Assembly: GCF_009914755.1 (NCBI RefSeq)
Contig: NC_060946.1
Source: the human T2T-CHM13v2.0 reference genome, Homo sapiens
DNA: 64,000 nt
Direction: 5' to 3' (one strand)
The position numbers and the translations under genes were made by a program. The notes under the pieces were generated by a model. It was given only the letters and a program-made list of their open reading frames with translations, was not told the origin of the DNA and did not search any database. Shown here piece after piece: positions 40,920 through 54,619 of this stretch (position 1 is its first letter; the number at the start of each line of letters is the position of its first letter).

Positions 40920-41252
40920 CAGGCTGAGCATTCCTCATCCGAAAATCCAGAATCTGAAATGCTCCAAAACCCAAAGCTTTTTGGGCATTGACATGATGCC
41001 ACAAGTGGAGAATTCTACACATAAGTACTTCACACAAACTTTGTTTTATGCACAAAATTATTGAAATGCCATGTAAAATTGCCTTCAGGTATGTGTACAA
41101 GGAGTATATAAAACAAATGCGTTCCATCTTTAGACTTGGGTCCATCCACAAGCTACTTCATTATGTATCTGCAAATGTTCCCAAATGTGAAAACATCCAA
41201 CACTGGAAACACTTCTGGTCCCAAGCATTTTGGATAAAGGATGCTCAACCTG
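40920..41252. mobile_element. Tigger4 (MER46-type) TcMar MITE
   Basis: TIRs caggctgagcattcct / aggatgctcaacctg. Characteristic aaacacttctggtcccaagcattttggataa. Confidence 0.85.
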
Positions 41253-41739
41253 TGTTACGTCCACTTAACAGCTGAGAACGCTGAGCGCACAGAGGTTAGT
41301 GACTGAGGTAAGGTGAGGGGGCTGAACCCAGCGGACAGAGCTGGAGCTGCAACACACTGTCTCGCCAAGGCCGTCTCCAACGACAGCTTCTCCAGGGTGC
41401 CGATTCCGATCCTGCCCTGCCAGTCTCCTCAGATCCATGGAGAGCCCCCTGTGGGCCGGGAACATACCCTGCAAAGCCAAGGCCTGGCAGAGACAGAGAA
41501 GCCTTTACAACATCGCCCTGCAGGGCAAGTAGCTTTATCCCCATGTAGCAGAAGCTCTTCAGAGAAGTGGAGCGATTTGCCTGTGGTCACTGAGTAGGAC
41601 ATGGGAGGCAGGTAGAGGCGAAACTGAAACCTGGGCCTGTCTGACTTGAAGACCTGCCCTTCTCCAGCTGCAGAGGGAACTTTCTAGTGCATAAATCTGA
41701 CTGTGTCTTCCTACTGTAAACAAAACAAGCAAAACAAGC

Positions 41740-42250
41740 AAAAAAACTCTTCAGTGCCCCTGCACCCAGTGCCCAAAGGGTTAGGCTGAAAGTTCTCAGC
41801 ATGGGACTGAAGGTCCTCCCTGACCCCTGCCACCTGCCTCTCCAGCTGACTTGTCCTTCTTCGAGCCCTGGGTGAGGGGCAGCCTCCCGGCCGCCCTGCA
41901 CAACCCCCGCTCCCTTCCCACCCTAAGCCTTTGAGAAGGTGCTTTCCTCTGCCTGGGACACGCTCTCGCCCTCCTCTGAATGGCAACTTCTGGCTAGTTA
42001 CTTGAGATGCTGTTTCTGTGTCACCTCTTCCAGGAAGCCCTCCTTGTTTCCACCCTCTCCACAAGTGCCTAGGTTGGACTGGGGCCATGCCTGGGGCTCC
42101 CCTGCTCCCTCCTTGCTCATAGCACTCACCACACTAATTGTACCTGTTACACATTGTCTCCCTCCCTCCAGATGGGGCATTCTCAAAAGGGCCCACACCT
42201 GAGTAACCTCTTTGCCCTCGTCCCCTGTACAATGCCTAACACTCAGTGAA
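41740..42250 (+). mobile_element. L2 LINE 3' fragments
   Basis: gtcacctcttccaggaagccctcc, catagcactcaccacact..tgtctccc, all typical of decayed L2. Boundaries approximate. Confidence 0.6.
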
Positions 42251-44451
42251 TGCACAGAAACCCAGTGAATGCACAGAAACCGTCTGATAAACACAAGCTC
42301 ACTGGTGAGCAGCCTGGGATCAGCTACTCTGGATTTGGACTGTGTCGGAACAGGGGCCAACTCTCAGACAACGGTGGTATGCTTGTCTGCAGGCCCAGAC
42401 CTGGCTGCCGTTCTGGCTCCCCCTGGATCCCCTAATTCCATGCTGACAGCATCTGCCCCTGGAGTGGCACACTGAGAGCCTCTCGCGGTGCGGCCTCGGC
42501 TTCAGTAGAAACACACGGCTCTGCCTTCCACCCTGTATCCCCCAGATTACATTCTCTGGGGCAAATCTAGGCCTGCCGGGCACCAACAGCTGGCGGTCCC
42601 GGACTAGACCCCCAGCTGGCCCCGAGCCCAGCCACCCCCAGGCAGCATCCCTAGGGGGTAGTCCCCTCTGGGAAATGCAAGTGACCAAAGACTGCGGGCT
42701 TCTACTTACCCAGAGCGCCCCTGTGTCAGGCCCCACAGTGGGCTCTTTGCAAACATTCCTAATTGAACATCTCAATGACCAAGTGCCAGGTACAACCAGC
42801 ACTCACCGGACAGGTGAGGATGCTGAGGCTTAGACAGATCAAGAGACTTGCCGCCCCAGGTCTTCTACCTTGTGTGAGGGAGTAGGGAGCTGATGCCCTG
42901 GTGGCCACTCCATTGGCAGGCCCAAAGGGGTACTAGCCCCTCCATTAAGTGCTCACCTCACACCTCATCAGCCCTGGTACCCACTTGGCAGCCTGGACGG
43001 TCCCTCAAGGGAACTCTGCTCCTCTCGTCGTCCTTCTCACTGCCCCCTCTGCTTTGGCCAATATGCCATATTGGATGTAGGGGAAAGAGTTTATCCCCCA
43101 GAGCCTCTTGGGGTCCTGGGTCCCAGCTGGGTGTGTGACCCAGCAAAGAAGCTGGCCCACTCTGCCTGGTCCCCTTCCCACCCACTCCACACGCTCGCAG
43201 CACCGTCCCTTCTGCTCTGACACCGACTCTGGGCCCTCCTTCAGGGTTCAAAGGCTCCTGCCAGGCCCCAGAGGACTAGTCGTCCTGGGTGTGCACAGGC
43301 CTTGGCTCAGCACTCACCACCCAGCTGTTCCAGCCACAAGAGTCCACATCTTGTATTATCTGGCTCCCAACGCCTTCCACGTTCAACTGCTTGTGTGCTT
43401 ACGTGCCCCTTCATTCCACAAATATTTAGGGAGTGCCTCCTTGGTTTCCAGCCCCAGGATTCCAGGCAGGCGCAGGCCTTTCTACCAACCAGCCCGCTCC
43501 TTGTCTGCGCCTCCTCCTGATCTGCTCTCCTAGGGGCCGGACCACAGTGAAGCCCGAATGGGTGCCCAATAAACACCTGCAAGGTGGTTGGTTGATGAGC
43601 TCACCGGGCACGGACATGGGCCACAGCTCCGAGAGAAATTGTCCTGCTTTGTGTTTACACGCAAGCAAAAACCAGAATGGATTGGTTTTCTGGAAAGCTA
43701 GAACTGGAAGGCGCCTTGGAGAGCATCTAGGTGAAGCCTCTCCATTTCCACTGAGGAGGCTGAAGCCCACGAGACAGTGACTGTCCTGGGTCACGCGGCT
43801 GTGACTTGCCCTGGTCACGCAGCTGTCAGTGCAGAGTTCACATGCAGCCTCCCACTTTCGGTCAAGCTCAGCGCTCTTTCTTTCACATCAAGAGGTGGCG
43901 CACAAGGACTGCTGCCCTTGACCTTTCAGCTCACGCATTCCTTCACTCCCTCAATTGACAAACCTTTGCTAAGCACCAGCTGTGTGCAGGCCCTGGGCTG
44001 AGACCGAGGAGGAAGGGTGTCCAACCCCACACGCTCATTCTCAGTTTGAGACCCAGTCACTGCCATGCGGTTCACTGGCAGGCACGCACTGTGTACACAG
44101 ATGGAGACAGACAGAGCTGGGACTGTGATTGGCTCCTGGCAAGCTTCTCCGAAAGCAGGATGGATGCCAGCCTCCCTTCAGCACCCTCTCCCCACCCCAG
44201 GGCCTTGACCAGTCCTGGCACCGGGAACCCCTAGAAAGCTGCCTCTGTGAAATGGGAGGTGGTTCTGTCTCTGACAGTTGGGAGGACCAAGAAACATTTG
44301 CAGAGCCACAGAAAGCTCTATGGGTTGGGCAACACCGAGGTGGGGCAGGTTGATTCGACAGCGCTGATTTGCGTCCCCATCCCAGCCCTTTCTAAGGCAT
44401 GTGGTTTTAGAACTTGTTGTTGCCTAATTTATAAAGTGGGGAGACTAAAAC

Positions 44452-44808
<357 letters not shown>

Positions 44809-45121
44809 TAACAGAGGTGATGGGCTCCAGCTCAGATCCCTCAAGCTGCAGGGGGTGCTCTGTAAGGCTGGCCCGCTACCTCTCCCCTGCCTGCTGGCTC
44901 CTCACCTGGAGCCCCTGCCCTGCCTCGTTTCTTCCCCGTTCCTCTCCCTTGATTCCTGAAATTTCCCAGGCTGGTCACTAGGTGTCACCACAATCAAGTT
45001 TTTCTGCCCCCACGGACCTGAGGTCTTGCACCAGAGAAGTCAAGAGTCAAGAGACTCACTCACCTCCTGAGCTTTACTCCCTCAAGGCCCGGGAGGCTGG
45101 AGGTGTCCTTCTTTCCTCCCT

Positions 45122-45310
45122 CAGGTTGCCAGGTTTAGCAAATAAAAATACAGGACGCCTCATTCAATCTGAATTTCAGGTGGACAATCAATACTTCCTG
45201 AGTATAAGTATGTTCAAAAGTTGCATGGGTCATACTTATAATAAAAAAAATTACTTGTTTATCTGAAATCCCAGTTTAAATAGGCACTCTGTATTTTATC
45301 TGGCAACCCT
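45122..45310. mobile_element. MER53 palindromic hAT-type MITE
   Basis: TIRs ggttgccag / ctggcaaccct. Internal symmetry agtataagtatg ... catacttata. Confidence 0.9.
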
Positions 45311-46699
45311 GCCCTGCCCTCCACAGGGACCCTAAAGGAAGCCATGGCGGACGGACAGGCTGTCTAGTGCCACCCTTAGCTCCTACTGCCAGAGAGCTCA
45401 GGCAGGTGCCCGGGCCATGGCCTGCCATGAACAGGGAAAAGGTCTGTTTTTCCTTTCCAGCAGGTGACGAGATGGAGGGCGCCCAGGCATGGGGGCCAAG
45501 GTGGTAGCATCCCAAAAGTGTTCCCACAGCAGCCCTGGGAACCCGGAAGGAGACAGTGGTAAGAGCACTGTGGACACACGAACAGGAGGATCTGTAAGGC
45601 TGTGAGCAGCGTCCCCGAGCCCCAGCCAGTGACTCTCCACCACTGTCCACCCACATGCCGCAGAAAGGAGCAGGGGCTGCAGAGCCACAGCCTGGGGCTG
45701 GAGTCCCGGCTGCGTCACAAGCAGTGGCGCTCACTTCCTCTCCCTCAGCTGTGCATGAGGGGCGGCAGAGGGTACTTCTCATGGCCCTTCGAGGACAAAA
45801 GGGGCTCATGGGCTCGGGGCACAGTAGGTACGTTTGGATCATCGGCAGGTACAGCCACTTTGGGGACATAAGCCAATTCCCGCCACCGACTCAAACTTAG
45901 TCTGGTGACTTGTCGCTGCACTCAACAGACAAACGTGTGGGCGATCTGTGATGTGCCCTGGGGGCACAGGAGTCAGGCGCTCTGTGATGTGGAGGCGAGG
46001 CTGGGCAGCGGGAGGGAAAGGTGTTCTGGAGCAGGAACAAGCCCATGCAGAGGCCTGGGGAGTGAGGCTGGGGGTCTCTGCGCTTCTGACAGACAAACTG
46101 GGGCTGGAGAGGCCTCGTGGAGAGAAGCCGGCAGACCTGCAAGCTGACCAGCTGTGGAAGGGAGCAAGGTGGGACAGCAGTGCAGGACCCAGCAAACCAC
46201 GACGCGCTGGGCGTCCCTCTCCTGGCGGTGGGCTGGGCACACTGCTCTGCACGAGGGGTGTGAAGGCACTTTGTGAACGGATGATGCACACACTTCGGGC
46301 ATGAGTCCCTCATGAGATGGTCTCATCTCCTCTACACTCCCATGCGGCATGTTTTCCTCTGCACCCTGCCCTGTGTGAGACGTGAGAAACACAAGGATGA
46401 CTTAAACACATCCCTGCCCTTCTTGGGAGCTCATGGACTGGTCCTGCAGTAGAGGGCTGAACCATTTCAAACACATGAGTGCAAGTAAAGAGGAAGACGT
46501 GCACGCCTGCCTAAGAGTCAGAGACAGCTTCAGAGAGGAGGTGAAAGTGCGCTGGGTTTTGATGGATGACTAAGAGTTCTCCAGGAAGGGAGGGGAATGG
46601 GAAATGGCAGTAAAGGCAGAGGATGACACATACCGAGGTTGTAATCAGTAAAGGGCACGTGTGCCGTAACAGGGAGAACAACAGGCAGATGGGGAGGAA

Positions 46700-47160
46700 C
46701 CAGGAGAGAGGAACTGGACTGTGGGAGGCCTTGGGAGGCAGGAAGGCAGCAGTGCCTGACAATGGAGGAACTCGGAGGGGGGCGGAGAAAGCGCCCCGGC
46801 TGCAGGATGCAGGAGGGAAGGGGGATGAGGCGGAGGTAGGGACACCAATTAGCAACCACAACCTTTGAAGAAGGCAGGGCAACAGGGGTGAGGAAGCTGG
46901 CTGGGTTTGGGAGGTGAGTAGAGCTCGGACGTGGGATCCGGTCACACTAGGATGTGGGAGCCACACAGGGGAAGGGTGAAGGCAGCACCCCAGCGCTGGT
47001 GCCCCACTGATGGGGGACGCGCTAGGAAGCACAGGTCTGGGAGGATGGGAAGATGCTGCGTTTGGTTTTGGGCAGGTGGGAATTCTGTAGCTGGGGTCCC
47101 CGTCTAGGGGACAGTTGGTACTGGGGTCAGAGCTGGAGAAGTGGCCACTGCTGGTCAGCA
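46700..47160 (-). mobile_element. L2 LINE fragment
   Basis: Purine-rich L2 pattern (ggaagcacaggtctggg..gtttggttttggg..gggtcagagctggaga). Similar patches at about 39620-39900 and 47900-48400. Confidence 0.55.
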
Positions 47161-49288
47161 AGGAGACTCAAGAAGCTTAGGGGAGAGCTAGGAGAGGGCT
47201 GAGGCCGAGGAGGAGCCAGGATCGGGGGCTGAGGAGGAAGGGAAGAAGTCCCATGGGACGTACATGCTGAAAGAGTCTGGTGACATAATCAAGCAGCCAC
47301 CAGGCCGGGAGACAAAAACCCACCTGGCTGGCCTCAGGCGGGTGACGAGGACCTGGGGAATGCTGCGGCCAGGGGTGGCCAGGCAGACGTCCCACCAGGA
47401 GATTGGCCTTGTGGCCACAGTCACAACCCAATTTCCCTAATGAGGCTAGGGAGGGCTCACACCACTCCCTAATGACCCAGGATGACCTCGGCTGCTTCCC
47501 CACTCTGCCAACCAGGCATCTGCCCGGTGGTTTCCGAACCCACACTCCAGATCTGCATGACTTTCCATGCGTAGGGCCTGTGCCCACAAACCCCAGGTGG
47601 GAAGCCAGGCTGTGGGCTACGGTGTAGGGGGTGGGCACTGGTCTGGAGCCTAGGGGCCTGGGACAAGTTCCAGCTCTGCCCCCAACATGCTAAGTGACCT
47701 CTGACAGGACACATGGTGTTTCCAGGGCCTCTGCTACTTCACTCTAGAACAGGCGTGCAGGCCAGCTTCCCTCCAGGGCAGCATGCTTTCGGTTCTCACG
47801 CACGTCAACTCCATGACCTCGCCTCAGCTTTTCCTGACTGCCTGCTCCCTACAGACCCCAGGCTGGACACTGGGGGGCCAGCGGGTCCTTGTGTCCAAGG
47901 GCATATCCTCACTTGGGGGAGAAAGGCCCGGGAGCAGAGACATGAGAGACAGGGCAGGGAGGCTGAGGGTGGAGGCCGAATGAGACAGAGGCAGGGATGC
48001 GTAGGTTCCACCTGGGGGATCAGGAGGTGTGCGGGGAAAAGGTGTAGAGGGTTCTCAGTGAGCGATGGTCAGTCAGGATGAGCGGGAGTTCCAGACAGAG
48101 GGAGCTGTGTGGGCAGAGGCCGGGATGAGAAGTTCACTATGGCTGGTTCATGACATGCCAAGCAAGGACAGGCTGCAGAGAACCACATTCCTCTCAGGAG
48201 CCATGGGAAGGTCTTGAGTGGGGAATGACAGAGCCAGAGGGTTGGGCAGAGCAGTGGTTCTGGCTGCTACCAGAAGGCTTGCGGGGCAGGGAGGCCTGTG
48301 AGGCAGCTGCCGCACTAACTCAGGCAAAAGACGGCAGCGCAGCCCTAGGCAGAGGGCAGCATGGCGAGACAGGGGCTCCTTGTGTCACAGGGCATCTGGG
48401 CTGCACAGCACCCCTGCCCCTGGCCCCCCATCCATTGGTTCATCAAGTGTCTTTGATCTTAGGAGGCGGTTGGGCCTGGGTGCAAATCTTGGCTTTGCTA
48501 CTTCTTCACTACGGACAAGTCTCTTTGCTTTTCAGCCTCCATTTGCTCACCTGCAAAATGGGGTAGCTACATGACACAGACTGTTCTCAGGATCTGATGA
48601 CTCGTGTCAGAGTCTATGCACTATGCTCAGCTATGATGCGTATGACAGCTTTGCACAGTTCTAGTGATCTGGACCGGGCTCTACATGAGGCGATGTCTTG
48701 TATATACGATCTCATTTTAATTCTCGTAAACAATTCTGTCATAAAATATATGAATGTTTGCCCCAGGACTTGTGGCAGAGAAGGACGCCAGGGCTGGGCA
48801 AGCTACCTGTTGGCCTAGCCCTCTGGGTTGCAGCTCTCCCTGCCCTGCACCCACAACTCTGGGAGATTTGAAAGTTCTGCAGCTTAGGGGAAATTTATAC
48901 CACTGATGTGAAGTCAGTACTGGGGGTGCCCCTGGCGCCGGCTCAAGGCCAGGCCAGGAGAGGGGCGTGAAGCTGGGCTTACCAGCCGAAAGAGTTGTTT
49001 ATGGAGTGGGAGGCTCATAAAAAATAATGGGCTGGATTTATTGTCCCCACCTTGAGGGCCATTCCGGACCGCACAGGGCCAGGACAGGCCTCCTCCGGTA
49101 GCACCATAAATCTCTCCAGTAAGCAAGGGAGCTGTTTATTCTCCTGTCCACCTGGTCTGCAGCAGGCAAGGGAGCGAGGAGAACCTGCAACCCCACATGT
49201 CCTGCCTGGCGCCCTTGCCTGGCTGATCTTCTCCAAGGAGTGGCTGAAGAAGGCAGGTGCTGAGGCTGGGATGGGATTCGGAGGCATG

Positions 49289-49504
49289 GCCACACCCTCT
49301 CTTTAAACAGGAAGTTCCTAGCCGTGCTGCCCCAGCACTCACAGTTGATAATGGAAAGCCCTGGAACAGGGCAGGGGATGTCTCTGGCCCTGCAGGAGCC
49401 GTGCTAGGGCCCCTCAGGTCAAGGCCTGGCCCAGATCCTATAGGAATCCCGTCCCAGGAGCCAATAGGAACCTGACAGCTAGGCACACTGATAGGATCCT
49501 ATCA
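49289..49504. promoter_or_regulatory. Candidate intronic enhancer (KLF + FOX:ETS + GATA motifs)
   Basis: GCCACACCC 49289-49297, TAAACAGGAAGT 49304-49315, TGATAA 49346-49351, palindrome TGATAGGATCCTATCA 49489-49504. Motif evidence only. Confidence 0.45.
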
Positions 49505-50342
49505 ATATGTGGCTGAGGTGGCTCAGGAGGGCCCATGGGTCTCTGTCCATTGGCTTGTTTCTTTGAGTCTGCAAGTGGATGGTGCAGGGCAAAAAGAACT
49601 GACATTGGCCTCAGAATCCAGCCCCTGATCCTGAAGTCCTGCCCCCCCAGTGCAGCTCAGGGAAGCTCAGTTTTCCCTCCCATGATGGGGACATTAGTAC
49701 TTATCCAAAGCATGTCACAGGGTGGCTGTGAGCATCAGGCGACCCTGTATGGAAACCACAGCAAAGCTCCAGGAGGGTGGAGCTGGGCCTGTCGAGGACA
49801 CCTGAGCTGCGGGAGGGTGGGGCTGGGCCTCCTGAGGACACCTGTGGGCTGAGACAGGTTTGGGGGAAGGACAGTGTCCAGTCAGCCTGCAGGCCACAGA
49901 CAAGCCAGAGTGGGAGAGGCAGAGTGGAAGACAGAGTCAAGAGGAAGCTCGAGGACCAGCCTGGAAGAGGCTCTTGGGAGGGCCCAGGACTAGAGTCTGG
50001 GGTGGGAAAGAGGCTAAGGGCAAGGGTTTCAGATACAGGCTGCCCCAGACGCTGCTGGGGAGAAACACTAGGTCTCTGCTCTGGCTCAACCCCAGGAAAC
50101 CTGTACCCTAAAACTCTCAGGTAACCTTTGTCAAGGAGCCCCCAGCCAGTCCTGAGACAGCTGTGGACTTGGAACAGGGGGCTCAGGCCCCAGAGGCAGG
50201 GTGGGCTTGCTCTCTGGCAGTGCTTCTGACAGTGGCCGCCTCGGTGCATATGCTGTGCAGGGCCTCACCTCCAACCACTTAGGAGGCTGAGTGCCAGCAG
50301 GAAAGAAACCTTTATTTTTAAGCCCACCACAGAGTAAGCATG

Positions 50343-50540
50343 TGCTACGGTCTGCATGATTGTGTCCCCTCCAAAATGATGTTGAAACTGAACCCCTATT
50401 GCGGCAGCCCTCACCAGACAGTGAATCTGCCAGAGTCTTGATCTTGGACTTCCAAGCCTCCAGAACTGTGAAAAGTAAATTTCTATCTTTAGAAATTACC
50501 CAGTCTCAGCTCTTCTGTTATAGAAGCAGGAATGAAGTAG
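50343..50540 (+). mobile_element. MaLR solo LTR (MST/MLT1A-type), internally deleted
   Basis: tgctacggtctg..tgttgaaact..cccc joined to gccctcaccagac..cttgatcttggacttcc-agcctccagaactgtga..aattacccagtctcag. Confidence 0.8.
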
Positions 50541-51278
50541 GAGGCAATCTTTTTTGCTGACTGATGGCGTGGGCAAGGGCATGCTCTCCTGGGCTCCCAC
50601 AGCCCCTGTCCAGCTTCTGTCACAGCCCTCCACGCACTGTCTGGTCGGGACCTGCCTCAGGTTGGACCCTCCTACAGCCTGTGAGTTCCGAAAGGACCTG
50701 CCCTGGCACAAAAATGGGGTTTCCAAGTACTACCCAAGGGGGTGGAATGCAGAGGCTTGGACATGTGGTCACTAAAGTGCAGTACAGACGGCAGAAGAAT
50801 CCTGATGTCCCCAGTCCCCTAGGGAGATCTGAAACTCCACAAGTGTCCCAAGCTCCTAAGCCTCAATGAAGCCTTGAATACTGAGCTTTTCCTCACTCAA
50901 GCCAATCAAGTCCCTGCAATTGATTACAGCCCAGGCTGGGCCAGGCCTGAGCCAGCCAGTCAGGAGGAGGAAGGTGGGCAGCGGCCCTCTGCACAAGGCT
51001 TTCCCGGACCGCATGAATCTGATGCTGAGCAAGGCGCTGGGCAGGGTTCGGCGCTGTCTGCCTCTTCCAAAGTAGAGACCAGTGGGCCCTGCCTTGAGCC
51101 CCAGGTCTCCCAGACCTCCAGCGTTCTGCGCTACGAAGAGAACAAGGCCCCACCTTGTCCAGAGCCACCGAAACTTAAATATTCCCCACCTATGTGACGC
51201 GGGTAACAGGCCTCGCTGAAGTGTAAACCCGGGGCAGACAGAGGGCTCTGCCGAGAGTCAGCTCACCAAGTCTCTCAC

Positions 51279-51483
51279 CGTCCCCTCACCCATCCCCCGT
51301 CCCTTCCCCTCACCCATCCTCCTGTCCCTTCCCCTCACCCATCCCCCTGTCCCTTCCCCTCACCCATCCTCCCGTCCCTTCCCCTCATCCATCCCCGTCC
51401 CTTCCCCTCACCCATCCTGCTGTCCCTTCCCCTCACCCATCCTCCTGTCCCTTCCCCTCACCCATCCTGCTGTCCCTTCCCCC
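51279..51483. repeat. Pyrimidine minisatellite, about 8 copies of ~26 bp (cccctcacccatcctcctgtcccttc-like)
   Basis: Direct reading of tandem units. Confidence 0.93.
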
Positions 51484-51514
51484 TGCAGACATCCTCCTGC
51501 TACCTTTCCCCTGC

Positions 51515-52695
51515 TACGCTGTCACCTCCTCTCTCAGCCATGCTCCTACCAACTTCCCCTATCAGCCCTCCTTCTGTCACCTTTCTTTCACACATCCCCA
51601 CCACCTTCCTCCTCGGCCACCCTCCTGTCACCTCCCTCATTGGCCACCCTCCTGTCATCTCCTCCTCAGCTACCCTGTCACCTCCCTCAGCCATCCTCCT
51701 GTCACCTCCCTCTTTGGCCACCCTCCTGTCACCTCCTCCTCAGTCACCCTGTCACCTCCCTTGGCCACCCTTCTGTCATCTCCTCCTCAGCTATCCTGTC
51801 ACCTCCCTCAGCCATCCTCCTGTCACCTCCCTTGGCCACCCTCCTGTCACCTCCTCCTCAGTCACCCTGTCACCTCCCTTGGCCACCCTTCTGTCATCTC
51901 CTCCTCAGCTATCCTGTCACCTCCCTCAGCCATCCTCCTGTCACCTCCCTTGGCCACCCTCCTGTCACCTCCTCCTCAGTCACCCTGTCACCTCCCTTGG
52001 CCACCCTTCTGTCATCTCCTCCTCAGCTATCCTGTCACCTCCCTCAGCCATCCTCCTGTCACCTCCCTTGGCCACCCTCCTGTCACCTCCTCCTCAGTCA
52101 CCCTGTCACCTCCCTTGGCCACCCTTCTGTCATCTCCTCCTCAGCTATCCTGTCACCTCCCTCAGCCATCCTCCTGTCACCTCCCTTGGCCACCCTCCTG
52201 TCACCTCCTCCTCAGTCACCCTGTCACCTCCCTTGGCCACCCTTCTGTCATCTCCTCCTCAGCTACCCTGTCACCTCCCTCAGCCATCCTCCTGTCACCT
52301 CCCTCTTTGGCCACCCTCCTGTCACCTCCTCCTCAGTCACCCTGTCACCTCCCTTGGCCACCCTTCTGTCATCTCCTCCTCAGCTATCCTGTCACCTCCC
52401 TCAGCCATCCTCCTGTCACCTCCCTTGGCCACCCTCCTGTCATCTCCCTCAGCCACCCTCCTGTCACCTCCCTCTTTGGCCACCCTCCTGTCACCTCCTC
52501 CTCAGCCATCCTCCTGTCACCTCCCTCTTTGGCCACCCTCCTGTCACCTCCCTCAGTCACCCTCCTGTCACCTCCCCCTCAGCCACCCTCCTGTCACCTC
52601 CCTTCTCAGCCACCCTCCTGTCACCTCCTCCTCAGCAACCCTGTCACCTCCCCTGGCCATCCTCCCGTCGTCTCCCCCTCAGCCATCCTGCCCTC
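51515..52695. repeat. Complex minisatellite: ~23-24 bp subunits in 118/121-bp higher-order units
   Basis: cagcta marker at 51667, 51788, 51906, 52024, 52142, 52260, 52381. Five ctgtca per unit. Confidence 0.97.
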
Positions 52696-53596
52696 TCCCC
52701 TTGCTGTCCCCATATGGGTTCCAGACCCTGATGGCTTCCAGTGCTCTCTCTGGCCCCACTCCCTGCTTCACCTGTACAACTGAGGCAAGTGTGATCTTCC
52801 TAAAATGGGCTCATTCTCCTTCTCCTCATGGCTGACAGGGCACCCTTCACTGTCACGGCACAGTCCAAATTCCTGCTAGACAGGGTCCTGTCCCTCTGAG
52901 TTCCGCCAGCTTTGGGCCTGGCTTCAGGCTCCTGGGCCCATTGTCTCCCATAGGTAACCACAGCTGCTGGGACGAGGACTCCTCTGGCCAACCGGAACAA
53001 GCTGGAATCTTCGGTGTCAGAGGAACCCTGGCCACGGTGCAAGGACAGGCTGGCCTGAAGGAGGCACCCAGGCATCGGGAGCAGCTGGACGGTCAACAGG
53101 GTGAAGGGAGTTGAGAAGGGCACCGGGGACGGGAGAGGCAGTGGCCCCAGGGTCTCTGCTAGGTTGCAAGTGAATCAAAAGCAACCACACAGGAAAAGTG
53201 TCAGGCACAGGGCAGAGGCTCAAGCACCCTCCAGTGAGGCCCATGGTGTAGAGAAACAAACAGACACCAGGATGGACACGGGCACCCATCCCTCCAGGCG
53301 CTGTGGACCTGGGACAGCCACGGAATTGCTTGCAGTCAGATGGCGCAGGACGGTGGATGGCATCTGAGGACTCTCTCTGCTCCAGACATCATTCCAGGAA
53401 AGTGACGGGACTGGCCTGTGCCTCTCCCCAGGGTTTCTGGCTCCCTGTCTCCAGAGTCCTACTTGAAGTGCTTTTTTAAGGCCAGCTGCCTCCAATCCGT
53501 TGCTGTCCACCAAGGTCTGGGCCCAGATGACGCTGCCAGCCCCTTGCCCTCTCTTTCTACCACAAACTCCTGCTGCTACCCAATCTCCCCCCTTAA

Positions 53597-54166
<570 letters not shown>

Positions 54167-54483
54167 TGACCAGCATATTGGGCAGGAAGGTTCCTCTTCT
54201 CCTTAGAACCCAATTTCCACACTTGAAAAAAGAAGGGGGAATCCATGGGGGTGGTTGTGATTCCTTTAAACACTGACAGACAGCCGTGGGAGAGGGTCAT
54301 GATTTGAACCCAGACCACTGGGTTCCAGTCCTGCCACTATTGGACACACTGTTTGCCTCTGTGAGCTTCTGACCCACATCTGCAACATGGGAGCGGCTAG
54401 TACTCAGCTCACAGGGTTCAAGGAATTGCAATGGATAATATTAGTATCCATCTGAGGGTTCGAGGGGTCAAATGAAGCAGTAT

Positions 54484-54610
54484 TAGGGTGACCCAATGTC
54501 TTGCTTTGCCTGGGACAGTCCCAGTTGATATCCACAGCCCTGGCATAATTAATAATAGTATCTCCTTTCATTCTCACAAGTGTACTGATTTGGATATTGT
54601 TCAATTATAA
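54484..54610 (+). mobile_element. MER94-like hAT-Blackjack DNA transposon, right end lost
   Basis: agggtgacc..tttgcctgggacagtcccag..aattaataatag..ctttcattctca. Confidence 0.7.
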
Positions 54611-54619
54611 CTAAATGCG

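Noticed and set aside
42245-42281. Small tandem duplications (19 bp here; 10-bp units near 18455-18486; 12-bp units near 26889-26915)
   Set aside because: Ordinary slippage products.
51620-52450. CCTCCCT..CCAC resembling the PRDM9 hotspot 13-mer
   Set aside because: The spacer is three bases (CCTCCCTtggCCAC), not the two required by CCNCCNTNNCCNC.
51540-52835. Three overlapping long ORFs (431, 363, 340 aa) rich in S/P/L/H
   Set aside because: They arise from a C/T-rich tandem repeat lacking stop triplets. The 118-bp period cycles the same peptides through all frames, and there is no gene context.
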